From Eledone cirrhosa (taxonomy: Eukaryota): a stretch of 64,000 nucleotides of DNA. The notes beneath the pieces are model-generated. The model searched no databases. It had not been told where the DNA came from and worked only from the letters and a program-made list of their open reading frames with translations. Positions 1 through 11,702 of the stretch are shown here, piece by piece. The stretch covers positions 394,568,001-394,632,000 of the forward strand of contig OZ024741.1 of assembly GCA_964016885.1 (NCBI GenBank). Reading direction: 5' to 3'. Positions within the stretch are counted from its first letter, which is position 1. Each line of letters starts with the position of its first letter. A program made the translations under genes and the position numbers.

Positions 1-405
1 TACCTCTTCGGTGATGCCCTGATTAACTTTTTCAAATTTCATTTGAAAAGGAAAATCAGGGTAGAGAGGGAAGTGCTCTCTTCCCAGCATTTTGTTGAAA
101 GATGGGTGAGAGAAGCAAGTATGGCCCGAATGAATGGGCCTACTCTGAGTATGTGTCTGTAAATTAAAGGTGGAAAACTGGGAGAGGGCACTTGCCCTGG
201 TGGTCAGGGCCACTGTGGTCTTTTAATGGGCTTTCTCCACAAATGTCCCTTGGAAGTCTCCCCCCTATTGGGGAATTTTTTCTTTGTTATTTTATTTCAA
301 CCTCTGTTTTTTTACACGCAGAAATGCCCATTTGTACCGTCCTGTATTGTCCTGTACTGTCCTTAATGTCTACTTTATGTGAACCCTTGTGGTTAATAAA
401 GAAAA
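1..405 (+). mobile_element. 3' end of Tx1-like LINE (copy A; ORF2 C-terminus and 3' UTR), cut by the window edge
   Basis: Nearly identical to 5918-6321, the end of copy B; ends AATAAAGAAAA and runs into (ATT)n. Confidence 0.95.

Positions 406-436
<31 letters not shown>
406..436. repeat. (ATT)n spacer between Tx1 copies A and B
   Basis: Pure ATT run seen in the sequence. Confidence 0.98.
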
Positions 437-645
437 GGCGACCTACGTAGGAAATCGTATTATCGTGAGCTCCGCAAAGGTTTGTTATTTCCGTTTGTTT
501 AAAAATTGCCATTTATGGAAAATTTTATTGTAAACTGTTTATAAGCACACATACATTGTTTTCCGAAAAGGACACCCAAAAAGATTGGGGCCTTGTGCCC
601 AAAATTTTAACTTTTATTATTATCCAAAAATTTCTTTGAAAAAAA

Positions 646-2544
646 ATGGCTAATTCCCCTCTGCACGAAGCAGCTGAAAGCCTTCCTCACAAAATAACAC
701 CTCACACCGACACCACCATTGTAAATGTTACTACGTTTGCCAACACAAAAAAAAATATAAGCAGTAGCAATATTTTAAATTTGTCTCAGGCAGACATTCA
801 TTTCCCGCCATTACCAATGACTGCAGGTGTTAAACCCTCCACCACCACCACCACCGCGACAACCACCACCACCACCACCACCACCGCGACAACAGAAACA
901 AAAGAAGAAAAAAATAAATTAACTCGTGACGTCGAAATGAAATCAAGCAAAATGGACTCTTCCCCACCAAAGACGACTGACGTCACAACCACCACAACTG
1001 AAAATAAAATTAATATTAACGATAGCAACAACAACAACAATGACATTATAAAACCGACCCTCAGTTTCGCCATCGTAGCAAAACAATTCGAAGCGTTCAC
1101 GGTAACCCAAGAAGATTTAGAAAATGCCAAACAAATGGTAAAGAAAGATGGGTACAGGGTCAGCCTCACCCCCACCCCCCACCCCCCACCTAATAAAATG
1201 GAGCATCGGCGCCTATGCACCGTGTCGTATAGAACAATAAATGTAAAATCGCGCCGAGTGGAACGGGCATCCGAGTCCCAAATCCAAAAAGCTTTGGGAC
1301 ATGTGTGGGCAAGAAAAACCCACATCAGACGTGGGCAAAAGTATGGAACCGTGGATGTGTTCTTTGAAACACCAGAGGAGGCTAGAGAACACTCCATGGC
1401 CCCATTAAAAAGTGACGACCTCACACTCGTCCCAAGCTATTGTGGCCAGAGACTCGTAAAGATCAGGGTGACCCACGTTCCACCGGCCATCGAAATTCCC
1501 TGGCTAATAGCGGCTGTCCTCACCGGCATCGAAGCCAACACGAAAATAATAGCAGTAGCAAAAGAAAAGCAGGAAAACTGGTCCGGATCTGGGATGGAGC
1601 TCCTGATCCAAGCGGACCAAAAAAGCATTGAGGAGATCCCAGAGGTAATAGACCTCACTGACGGCAGCCACCTCACGGTAATTGTCGAGGGCAGAAGACC
1701 TAGGTGTGTCGTTTGTGGTGAAGGAACCCACCTAAGGGCTTTCTGCCCGCAGGCTAAAAGGTTGAGGCCACCTCTCCTACCCACCCTAGTGACAAAACCA
1801 TCAACACCACCAGTAGCAGAGATGGCAGCAACAACTGTAGCAGCAACAACAGAAGCAACTATAACAGCAACAACCCCAGCAACAGTAGCAAAACCAACAC
1901 CACTACCACCACCAGCAAAACCAACACCACCACCACCCAACGCTTCAGAACTAGCACCAGCGCCTACACCATCCACCACACCACAACCAAAACTAACGGC
2001 TGTGGAGGATTTTCCACTCCCCGGCCTATCACAACTGGAGACAGATTGTGACGACGAGGAGTGGGAAACGATATCCGGAAAAAAAAAAAGAAACCAAAAA
2101 AGAAAAAATTCTCTTCCTTCCCCCTCCAAAAACAAAATACAGAGGGAAACAAATAAACTAAGAAACAAAAAAGTTAGGACAGATATGCCACCATCCACAC
2201 CAGCATCACCAACCCGATCAACCCAAACACCAACACCATCACCATCATTAACCCCAGCACCACCATCACCTACACCACAAAAGTCACCAAAATGCGAAAC
2301 AGAAACAAACCCACAACAAACGCAAACAAAACAAAACAACCAAAACGATACACACTACACAGCATTAAATTTGAACAACAAGCAATTATTACACTACATC
2401 CAACACAACACCAGCATCACAGAAAAAGACAACACAACAACCCCAAAATTCACACCACCTCCACACATACAAATCACTCGCATCACACAGAAAACGTACA
2501 TGACACTAAAACAAAAATTCCCCAAAGACATCGGAGACTTCTGA
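646..2544 (+). CDS. Tx1-like ORF1, nucleic-acid-binding protein with CCHC zinc knuckle and Thr/Pro-rich regions
   Basis: 632 aa with CVVCGEGTHLRAFC (CX2CX4HX4C). The TGA stop is CGA in copy C, and the frame stays open to TAA at 2646, so the ancestral ORF1 was probably longer. Confidence 0.88.
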   Translation: MANSPLHEAAESLPHKITPHTDTTIVNVTTFANTKKNISSSNILNLSQADIHFPPLPMTAGVKPSTTTTTATTTTTTTTTATTETKEEKNKLTRDVEMKSSKMDSSPPKTTDVTTTTTENKININDSNNNNNDIIKPTLSFAIVAKQFEAFTVTQEDLENAKQMVKKDGYRVSLTPTPHPPPNKMEHRRLCTVSYRTINVKSRRVERASESQIQKALGHVWARKTHIRRGQKYGTVDVFFETPEEAREHSMAPLKSDDLTLVPSYCGQRLVKIRVTHVPPAIEIPWLIAAVLTGIEANTKIIAVAKEKQENWSGSGMELLIQADQKSIEEIPEVIDLTDGSHLTVIVEGRRPRCVVCGEGTHLRAFCPQAKRLRPPLLPTLVTKPSTPPVAEMAATTVAATTEATITATTPATVAKPTPLPPPAKPTPPPPNASELAPAPTPSTTPQPKLTAVEDFPLPGLSQLETDCDDEEWETISGKKKRNQKRKNSLPSPSKNKIQRETNKLRNKKVRTDMPPSTPASPTRSTQTPTPSPSLTPAPPSPTPQKSPKCETETNPQQTQTKQNNQNDTHYTALNLNNKQLLHYIQHNTSITEKDNTTTPKFTPPPHIQITRITQKTYMTLKQKFPKDIGDF

Positions 2545-2680
2545 CAAGCACTCTCCAGGAGGATTTATAAGGACATCCTTCCTGAGGAGGCCACAAGCAG
2601 TGAAAAGGATGGAAAAACCGTCCTTCCCCTACGAGAAGTAAGGTAAGTGGTATTTCCCATCTTTTCCACTCCTTTTCAAC

Positions 2681-5600
2681 ATGACCTCACTCAGAATAGG
2701 CAGCATAAATGCGCGTGGCTTGGGGTCGTCATGGAAGCAGGGCCACCTGCTCAACGACCTCAGGTCACTAAACATAGATGTAGTGGCCATCAGCGAGACC
2801 AGAATCTCCGAAGCACAGGCTGTCGCACCGATCTTCGGCGGCTACGATGTGTACGCATCTCCCTTCGGGGGGAGGAGTTGCTGTGCTTTTTCGGAGAGGT
2901 TTGGATCTTGCCATACGGGCCATCTTCCTGGACCCAGAAGGTAAGTTGGTGGTGCTGGACGTGACCAGCGGAGACGGGCAAGCTTTCAGGTTAGTGGCCG
3001 TCTATGCCCCGACAGGAGCAGGGCGGCCTGATTTCTTCCGGCGTCTGGAGACCTTTCTTGGAACGTCCCGCTCTTTAGTGTTAGTGGGCGACTGGAACGG
3101 GATCTTAGGTGCACGCTGGGATTGTGTGGGATTAGTGGATAGGGAAGGAGGGTGCAAGAGTCTCACCAACCTGCTCAGACGTTTTGAACTGTCTGACAGG
3201 TACCGAATGGATTTCCCGAATGTACCAATGTGGACTTGGACAAATCGCATAGGGTCATCCAGATCATATCTAGATAGAGTATTTTGTAGGGAAATAGATA
3301 GGTCTAGCATAGGCTGTCCACAATTCAAGATAGTCAGCTACACGGACCACAAATTCGTGATCTGTGTGCTTGACTTAGATAGGCTTCATAGACGAGGACC
3401 CGGCTACTGGAAGCTAAACGCGTCCTTACCAGCGCGCAAGGCCTACGGAGACCGGATTAGCGAACTAGTTAAGCGGGCGCTGACGGGGGCCATCGTCAAC
3501 AACAAGTGGTGGTTTGCTCTGAAAAGAGCAATTAGAATAGAGTCCATTAGGTTTAGTAAGACTTTAGCAATAGAGAAAAATAGAGCAGAGGGAGAACTAG
3601 TTAGAAAATTAGATGAGGCGCTTAGCAAAGGCATCGCGACCGACGTGCTTGCGGCGAAATTGGCCCTTGACCAATTCTTCAATGCAAAGCACGAAGGCTG
3701 CGTTGTCAGAGCTAGGGTGCGTGCTCTCAGACACGAGGGGACGAAAGCCGTTCAATGGGCCCGAGTGGCGGAGGCGCGTCGTGGCAACAAAGCCACGATC
3801 CGGTCTTTGGTGGACCACGACGGGCGCATGCTACTCGATCCCGGGCAAATGTGTGAAGCTTTTCAGCGACACTTCGCTCAACTGTTCGGGGGCAGTGGCG
3901 GGCCGGATCGAGGGATGGACTTTAGTGTCTACCTCGACGGACTGCCGCGGCTTTCGGCCACTGAGGCGGAGTGTTGCGAAAAGCCGATAACAACCGCTGA
4001 AGTACGGGATGCAATGACTAGTTGCACAAGGGGCAAATCGCCTGGTTTGGATGGTCTGCCCTATGAACTTTACGTACAAATGCCAAACTTGTTCGGAGGC
4101 CTCTTGGCGGACGTCTACTGCAACTGGCAACAGAACGGGAGAATTCCCAGCTCTGTGAGCCGAGGAGCGGTGGCGCTGCTGAGAAAGGATCCGAACAAGG
4201 GGGATAACATAGATAATTTTAGGCCCATAACTCTGCTAAACACAGAGTTCAAGATTTTGGCCAAGGTGCTAGCAAAGAGGTTGGCGCTTGTCGTTGGTGG
4301 TCTGGTGGGAGAGGCACAGACATGCGCCATTCCCGACAGATCCATCCACGACAACCTCCACCTCATGCGATACATCGTAGAGAGGGTAGCTAGGGAACCT
4401 GGCACGGGTGGGTCTTTGATCAATTTAGATCAGTCGAAAGCCTTCGATAGGGTCGACCATCGTTACCTAGCGGCAGTCCTGAGGGCGGCTGGCTTTGGGC
4501 CCGTCTTCAGAGGCTGGATCGCTGCCATGCACAGCGACATCTGCTCTGTAGTGAGAGTGAACGGTCACCTTTCGGAACCGTTCAACATCATGCGCTCGGT
4601 CCGCCAAGGATGTCCCCTCTCGTCCCTATTGTACGTATTGACTCTCGAGCCATTACTGCACAAACTGGAGACGTTGAGGGGGTCCCGCGCGAACTAGGAT
4701 GCGGAAGATCCGTGTCAGCATATGCCGACGATGTCACCGTAGTGGTGTCGAACGCCAAACACATCGAGGCGATCGGCACTACACTAAGAGAATACGAAGC
4801 GGTGACAGGAGCAATGATCAACCAGGAAAAGTCAGTGGGCCTGCAGCTCGGCACCTGGAGAGGCAGGTCCAACAGCGTCGTCGGGCGCTGGACGGACGGA
4901 CCGGTTAAATTGCTAGGGGTCTGGTTCGGTCCAGACCTCCAGACGGACAAAAACTGGGACGAGGTGACGAGCAGGGTGGCTTCTCTCACCCAGAAATGGG
5001 CCGAGAGGAAGCTATCCCTAAAAGGTCGAGCGGAGGTGGCGAATGCGTACATCGCATCCGTCATCTACTACCGCCTGACCGTCGTACCTTGTCCTAAGCC
5101 CCGCCTGACTGCGCTGGAGCGTTTGCTCTTTCGCTTCTTGTGGAAGGGACGCGCTCCGATGGTCAGGCGGTCCATCTGCTGTCAACACCCGCTACGTGGA
5201 GGGCTGGGCATGCCGTGGCTGATGATGCGCAGACACGCGCTCAGGCTACGACATCTCCACCTCTTCCTCGACGGTGATCAGGTGTGGTCGCCGTTTGCAA
5301 GACACGTTTTACCCCAGCTCGTCTCCTTGACGGGGCTGCAGTCCTGGGTCGAGCGAGGACCGAGAGGGAGCGCTTGGAGACTGGAATGTCTTCAGGCGCT
5401 CACAGCCCTCGACCAATCGGGCAATGTGATCGGTGGAAACTCCACCTTGGCGTTCTATAGGGGATTAGTGGAGGGGAAGAGCGACGACGTACTTGGAGAA
5501 ACTCTAGGCGTCGACGAAAATCAACTTGCCAATCTCTTCGGAAGGACTTTCGGGCCGGGGCCTATGGACAACTTCCAGAAATCCCTGGCCTGGCAGTGCT

Positions 5601-6079
5601 ACCGAGGAGCTTTGCCAGTTCGGGATAAACTCTACAGGCATGGAGGTGCCGTCAGCAGGGCATGTCCGAGATGCGCGCAGGGCGACGAAACCGTCCTGCA
5701 CGCACTCGTCCAGTGTCCGAGCATTGCTGACTTGTGGGTTTATGTCGAACACCTGCTGTCACGTGTAGGACGGATCCAGCTATCAGCTGAGTCCATCGTG
5801 AGGATTGCCCCACCCCCTTCCTTTAGCCTGGAAGGGCAGGCAGTTTTTATCTGTCTGGTGGCCATGGCGAAAGAGATAGTATGGTGGACACGTTTGAAAG
5901 GGCTGAAGACAAGCACTTACCTCTTCGGTGATGCCCTGATTAACTTTTTCAAATTTCATTTGAAAAGGAAAATCAGGGTAGAGAGGGAAGTGCTCTCTTC
6001 CCAGCATTTTGTTGAAAGATGGGTGAGAGAAGCAAGTATGGCCCGAATGAATGGGCCTTCTCTGAGTATGTGTCTGTAA
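2681..6079 (+). pseudogene. Tx1-like ORF2 (APE endonuclease, RT, C-terminal zinc finger) with frameshifts near 2870 and 4680
   Basis: APE motifs GSINARG, VYAP, GDWN, SYLDR, TDH. RT motifs KSPGLDG, FRPITLLN, DQSKAFD, QGCPLS, YADD. Zinc finger CPRC..ETVLHALVQC. Confidence 0.93.
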
Positions 6080-6321
6080 ATTAAAGGTGGAAAACTGGGA
6101 GAGGGCACTTGCCCTGGTGGTCAGGGCCACTGTGGTCTTTTAATGGGCTTTCTCCACAAATGTCCCTTGGAAGTCTCCCCCCTATTGGGGAATTTTTCTT
6201 TGTTATTTTATTTCAACCTCTGTTTTTTTACACGCAGAAATGCCCATTTGTACCGTCCTGTATTGTCCTGTACTGTCCTTAATGTCTACTTTATGTGAAC
6301 CCTTGTGGTTAATAAAGAAAA

Positions 6322-6322
<1 letters not shown>

Positions 6323-6379
<57 letters not shown>
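6323..6379. repeat. (ATT)n spacer between two converging 3' ends (Tx1-B and Dong-A1)
   Basis: Pure ATT run. Confidence 0.98.
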
Positions 6380-6450
6380 TGAGTCTCAGTCATTGATGTT
6401 AGTTAACTGGAAAGTTTGTTGAAATGTATATCAAGCCACTACCTGCAGCC

Positions 6451-9400
6451 TCAGATATTCAGGACGTATCGGAGGGTTCTTGCTGTTCCCAGCAAGCATG
6501 CCTTTTGAAGCGTTCCAAAAAGCGTGAAGGGGCCAATTTTCTTTAACCATCCCTGGAAACTTTTTGAGATAGTCCCTAGTGCGCCTATGACAATCGGGAT
6601 CACTTTGACTTCATGGCAGTTCCAAATCCTTTTTACCTCCCACTTTAAGTCCTGGTATCGGTTAATTTTCTCCCTCTCCTTCTCTTGCACTCTCGTGTCG
6701 AATGGGCAGGCCACATCCATAATCAGGCACGATCTTTTTTCTTTGTCCACAACCACCAGGTCAGGTCTATTGTGTTCCAGTTTCTTGTCCGCCTGTATCC
6801 TAAAATCCCACAGCACCTTCACCTGATCGTTTTCTATCACCGCCTCTGGCTTATGCTCATACCACTTCTCAGAATGTGGTAAATTGTTTACTTTGCATAG
6901 GTGCCAGTGGATCACCCTACTCATCACATCATGTCTCCAGCCCTTATAGTGGGTCTGGGCTAGGTGTTTACACTCGGATACAATGTGAGCCACAGTCTCC
7001 TCTCTCTCTCTACAGATCCTGCACAGTGGGCTAGCCTCCTCCTTGTAAATGTGGTGTTTCAACCACTTCGTTTTGAGGGCCTGCTCCTGCGCAGCCATTA
7101 ACATTCCTTCTGTAGCCTTTTTAAGGTCTGCTCTTTTCAACCAGTTCCATGTCTGTGGATCTCTAAATTCAGTTTTCTCAAAGAAGGTACTATGAAGGGA
7201 TTTTTCCTGAAGCTGCTCTTTCTCCTTGATGTTATTTCCTCCTTGGACATCCCCTGGCCTATTGTCCCCTCCTTCAGTACAGTTCTGAGCATTGGCTCCT
7301 TACTATCAGTCACGTATTTGTGTAGGTTGTTTTTCTCCATCTGAACACAGTCCTCTATGCTGATAAGACCTCTTCCACCTTCAGATCTCCTTAAGTAGAG
7401 TCTATCGACATCACTCCTCTTGTGGAACATATTGTAGATAGTCAATAGCTTCCTAGTCTTCCTATCCATTTCTTTTTGTTCAGCAACATTCCATCTCAGA
7501 ATTCCCGCACTGTACCTAATAATAGACACAGCTCGGGAATTTACTGCACTTATGGCATTCCTACTGTTCAGATGTGACTTTAATACGCTCCTTACTCTCC
7601 GAAGGTATTCAGTTCTTATCAATTCCTTCATTTTTTTGTTCTTGATGTCATCAGCCTCCAGAACGCCCAAATACTTGTATCCTTCCTCAGAGTCAATTTC
7701 CTTTATCATCTCACCTGTTGGTATCTGGATTCCGTTACTTCTGCTCAACTTACCCCTCCTCATCACAATGACTCCACACTTACTAATACCAAATTGCATA
7801 CATATATCATTGCTGAAAATACGGACAGTGTCAACAAGCACATCCAACTCCTTCTCACTCTTCCTGAAGAGCTTAAGATCGTCCATGAAGAGGAGGTGAT
7901 TGATGGTAAGCCCTCCCTTTCCCAACCTGTATCCTGCTCTCACTTTTCGCAGTACACTGGTCAGGGGCATCAGGGGGACAAACAACAGAGGGGACAGACT
8001 ATCTCCCTGGAAGATACCTCTCTTGATCTTCACGCTTCCCAAGGATTCTCCAGTTGATGTCAACTCTGTTTCCCAGGACTTCATACTTTTGCCCAACAAC
8101 TGCCTGATGTTATCTGCCACCTTGAAGATCTCCAGGCTTTTGGTGATCCAAGAATGAGGCACCATGTCAAATGCCTTTTTGTAGTCTATCCATGCCATGG
8201 CAAGACCAGTGTGTCTCCTCTTGCAATTCCTCATTACCATCTTATCAATAAGTAACTGGTCCTTTGTACCACGTGACTTCTTTCGGCATCCTTTCTGTTC
8301 GTCCGGTAACAAGTTGTTTGTGTGGAGGTGATGGTAGATTTCCTCAGACATAATGCTTGTCAACAGTTTCCACATTACGGACAGACATGTGATAGGTCTA
8401 TAGTTGGTAACATCATTACCCTTGATTCGGTCTTTCATTATCAGAACTGTGGTACCTTTTGTCAACCACTCTGGTACCTCACCTGACATCAAGCAGTCAT
8501 TGAACATGGTTGTCAGTTTCGGGTGGAGGGATGTTATGTTTTTATTCCAATACCCCTGCGCACCATCTGGGCCAGGTGATTTCCAGTTGGTTAGTTTTTT
8601 GGCCTGCCCCTTAAGAGTTTCAACTGTGATACTCAAATCAGTTTGTTGGTGTGCCTGTTCACTGATCTCCTTCTGTACTGTCTCAATCCACCCTGCCTGG
8701 TCATTATGTTTAACATCCTGCTCCCATATTCCTCTCCAGAATGTTTTAGTTTGTTCCGCCCCAGGGATCAAGTCGTTGCCTCTTTCTTTCCCCTCAAGCT
8801 GTCCAAACAGCATCTTCTGGTTGTTGTCGAACATGCGGTTCTGTCTATACTGGCTGATTCTGTTCTCGCATCGCCTGATTTTTGCACTCTTTGCTACAAT
8901 GCGTTGCTTCAGTTCCTCTATGATAATATTTAGCTTTTTCCTCCTAGTTTTGTACTTTATTTCCAGTCTATTTTTAGTGTCTATGTTTTTTAGTGTCCCA
9001 TTCAGTAGGGACTGAAGCTTTCCAATGTCATTTCTCATTTCCCTGATTTGACCACTCAGTCGTTTCTTCCACCAAGGCTCTGCTCTTTCTTGTCTGTTGT
9101 TTCCTCTCGCTTTTATACCAAGTAGTTTCCTCACCGTATTTGCTGTTGCTTTGGGGATATTGTTGCACTAGTGAAGGCTCCTCGCCTCAAGGTATGGGAT
9201 GACTTTGTTTACCTTAGCTGTTGTTTCTTTTAACTTTTTCCTGTCTACAAATCTTAGGTTCATAGGTCTCCCACTATCATTGTTCAATTCATCTACCACT
9301 AAGTTTAGGATATCTACCAAATCTTGACCTAGCCCGTCAGCATTCACCTCCTCAGTGGCCGTATCTCTGTTCCAGGTATTATTTATCTCAGCATTCAGAT

Positions 9401-9875
9401 CATTGTCTGTTTCGGGTGGTTCCTCCGTTCTCTCGACCTCTTCACCTTCATTTCCCACTGGCTCGTTTGCCTGGCATACTCCACCCTCCATCTCCAAGCT
9501 AATCTCTCTGCTCAGTTCCTCCAGTTCCAGCTCGCTTATCCACCCATTAGTTCTTATTACCCGAGCCTGCCCGGCCAGTTTTTGTTCATCTAATTTAAAT
9601 GGACCAATCTCGTTCTAGATGTTATGCATCCTTTTCCTATAGCCTTTCTCCTTGGGGTTACTCTTCAGGTAACATTGCATAACAGTTCTATTCAATTCTT
9701 TCGTCCAGTTGGTTCTGGTCCCTTTCCTTCTTCTTCTTCCTCCTCCGACACTAGCAGTATTTGGTTGACAGCCAGGTCCCTGCTGCTGAGCCAGGGAGCA
9801 CCTGTTGGGTGAGAGTCTGTCACATGACATTCTAGTCTCCATTTCACCGTTATTCGAACTGTTTAGGTTCGACAT
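6451..9875 (-). pseudogene. Dong-A1 ORF (RT + RLE) with premature stops near 9615 and 9168 and frameshifts near 9150 and 7200
   Basis: Fragments 9615-9875, 9168-9497, 7137-9134 and 6451-7140. Motifs [68 protein letters not shown]. Confidence 0.92.
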
Positions 9876-10204
9876 TTAAACACTCTTATCAAGGATTGGC
9901 GAATGTATGGTTACATAACCACCGGTGAATTACTTGTCTCCGGTGGTTTCGTCACTCCACGTGACTTTTGTGTGGCATTATCACGCTGTAGACGAACCCA
10001 AATAAACAAACAAACAAACAGGCAGAAAAAACCCCAAAAATGAATAAGCATAAGTTTCATTGTAATGTAGTGTCTGAATGTCTGACTTAGTTTTTCCCTT
10101 CCCTTCTCTGTCCGTCCGTTTGTTTTTCTCTTCATTTTTATTTCCTTTACGTTTTTCGTTGTTGCTGTGCTGCTTTTATTTATTTATTTTTTTTTATTTT
10201 GACT

Positions 10205-10796
10205 GGGTCATCAATTCAGTCTATTTATATATTTTGTTGCCTTCCTCTTTTAGTGAGAATTCTACAATGTAGCAGGGGCTAGCGGGAGAGAATAGCAGCG
10301 GTAGTGATATTGAGGCAGCGGCAGAGGTGGTGATGGCGGTGCTGTGCCAGCAGCAACTATCAGGAGGTAGTGGGAGAGAATAGCGGCGGTAGCGATAATG
10401 AGGCAGCGGCGGTGGCGATGTGGTCGTATTACTGTAGCGATGGTGTTGAAGATGGAGTAGAAATTTGAGTCGACTTGACCAGAGTTTTCATCGTGGCAGT
10501 GGTGGTGGCACTGGTGGTGAAATTATCTTTAGTGAAATTATCATTAGACGCGTATATGTGTTGACATATTTTTCTTAATATTGGAATTAAACATTTTGTT
10601 AAAACTAAAACTTGATTTTGATTATTGTTTTTTTTTTTTGATTTTGACCGGGTCATCAATAGTTTTCATCGTGGTAGTGGTGGTGGTATTGGTGGTGAAA
10701 TTATCTTTAGTGAAATTATCATTAGTCGCGTATATGTGTTGACATATTTTCCTTAATATTGGAATTAAACATTTTGTTAAAACTAAAACTTGATTT

Positions 10797-10832
<36 letters not shown>

Positions 10833-11248
10833 TTACCAGGTCATCAATTCAGTCTATTTATATATTTTGATGTTTTCCTCTTTTAGTGGGAATTCTACAA
10901 TGTAGCAGGGGGTAGCGGGAGAGAATAGCAGCGGTAGTGATATTGAGGCAGCGGCAGAGGTGGTGGTGGCGGTGCTGTGCTAGCAGCAACTAACAGGAGG
11001 TAGTGGGAGAGAATAGCGGCGGTAGCGATAGTGAGGCAGCGGTGGTGGTGATGTGGTCGTATTACTGTAGTGATGGTGTTGAAGTTGGAGTAGAAATTTG
11101 AGTCGACTTGACCAGAGTTTTCATCGTGGTAGTGGTGGTGGTATTGGTGGTGAAATTATCTTTAGTGAAATTATCGTTAGTCGCGTATATGTGTTGACAT
11201 ATTTTTCTTAATATTGGAATTAAACATTTTGTTAAAACTAAAACTTGA
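10205..11248 (-). repeat. Tandem duplication inside the Dong-A1 5' leader (about 410 bp unit twice, with a partial copy of about 140 bp between, separated by T-runs)
   Basis: 10205-10615 matches 10838-11248; 10660-10795 repeats the end of the unit. The near-identical ORF calls 10429-10659 and 11062-11253 reflect this. Confidence 0.9.
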
Positions 11249-11659
11249 GGCAATAGTAATAGTAATTATTATTATTATGCTGAGATTGGTGGTGGTGGTG
11301 GTGAAATTGCCGTTATCTGGCTGTTGTGTTTAGTGTACACAGAGGGGTGATGGGGTAGGTGGTGTATCTAGTTTCTGATGTTGGTGAAATTGCTGTTATT
11401 TGGCTGTTCTATATAGTGTAGACAGAGGGGGTTTTCTTCCATTTATAACCATTTTCTATTTTGAATATAAAATGTATAATACAAAATTGAATATTTGAGC
11501 GATATAACAATATATTGTGGATCCGAATTTTTTGGGACTCAAGCTGGATGTTTTATGCAACATTTGTACTAAGAATTGTTATTTCACAATTGATTTAAAT
11601 ATGTTAAAAAATCAAAACTTACGGGAGCGATTTCTCGACCTTCTATCCACCATGTGTGT

Positions 11660-11702
11660 CTTCTTCTTCTTCTTCTTATTATTATTATTATTATTATTAT
11701 TA
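11660..11702. repeat. (CTT)n(ATT)n spacer between the Dong-A1 5' end and the Dong-B 3' end
   Basis: Seen in the sequence. Confidence 0.97.

Larger units (their letters stand above)
437..6322 (+). mobile_element. Full-length Tx1-like (L1 group) non-LTR retrotransposon, copy B
   Basis: Starts GGCGACCTACGTAG, the same 5' end as copy C at 21903. Two ORFs: ORF1 with a CCHC knuckle, ORF2 with APE endonuclease, RT and zinc finger. Flanked by (ATT)n on both sides. Confidence 0.93.
6380..11659 (-). mobile_element. Dong/R4-clade RLE non-LTR retrotransposon, subfamily A, full-length copy A1 including about 1.8 kb of 5' leader
   Basis: Single long ORF with R4/Dong-type N-terminus, RT, CCHC knuckle and PD-(D/E)xK RLE. 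The 3' end runs into (AAT)n on its own strand; Dong elements are known to target TAA repeats. Confidence 0.88.

Noticed and set aside
192-533. Short ORFs through microsatellites (also 6240-6422, 18632-19017, 33341-33631, 43649-44067, 45372-45657)
   Set aside because: Poly-L/Y/I/F, CV and YI tracts are translations of simple repeats.
798-2339. Long antisense ORFs (208 and 300 aa) opposite Tx1 ORF1
   Set aside because: Val/Gly-rich mirror of ACC/ACA-rich sense codons that lack antisense stops; no domain motifs, and broken differently in copy C.
2641-2648. AGGTAAGT splice-donor-like motif before ORF2 (also at about 24012 and 51266)
   Set aside because: It coincides with the inferred ancestral ORF1 stop (AGG TAA); there is no evidence of splicing from sequence alone.
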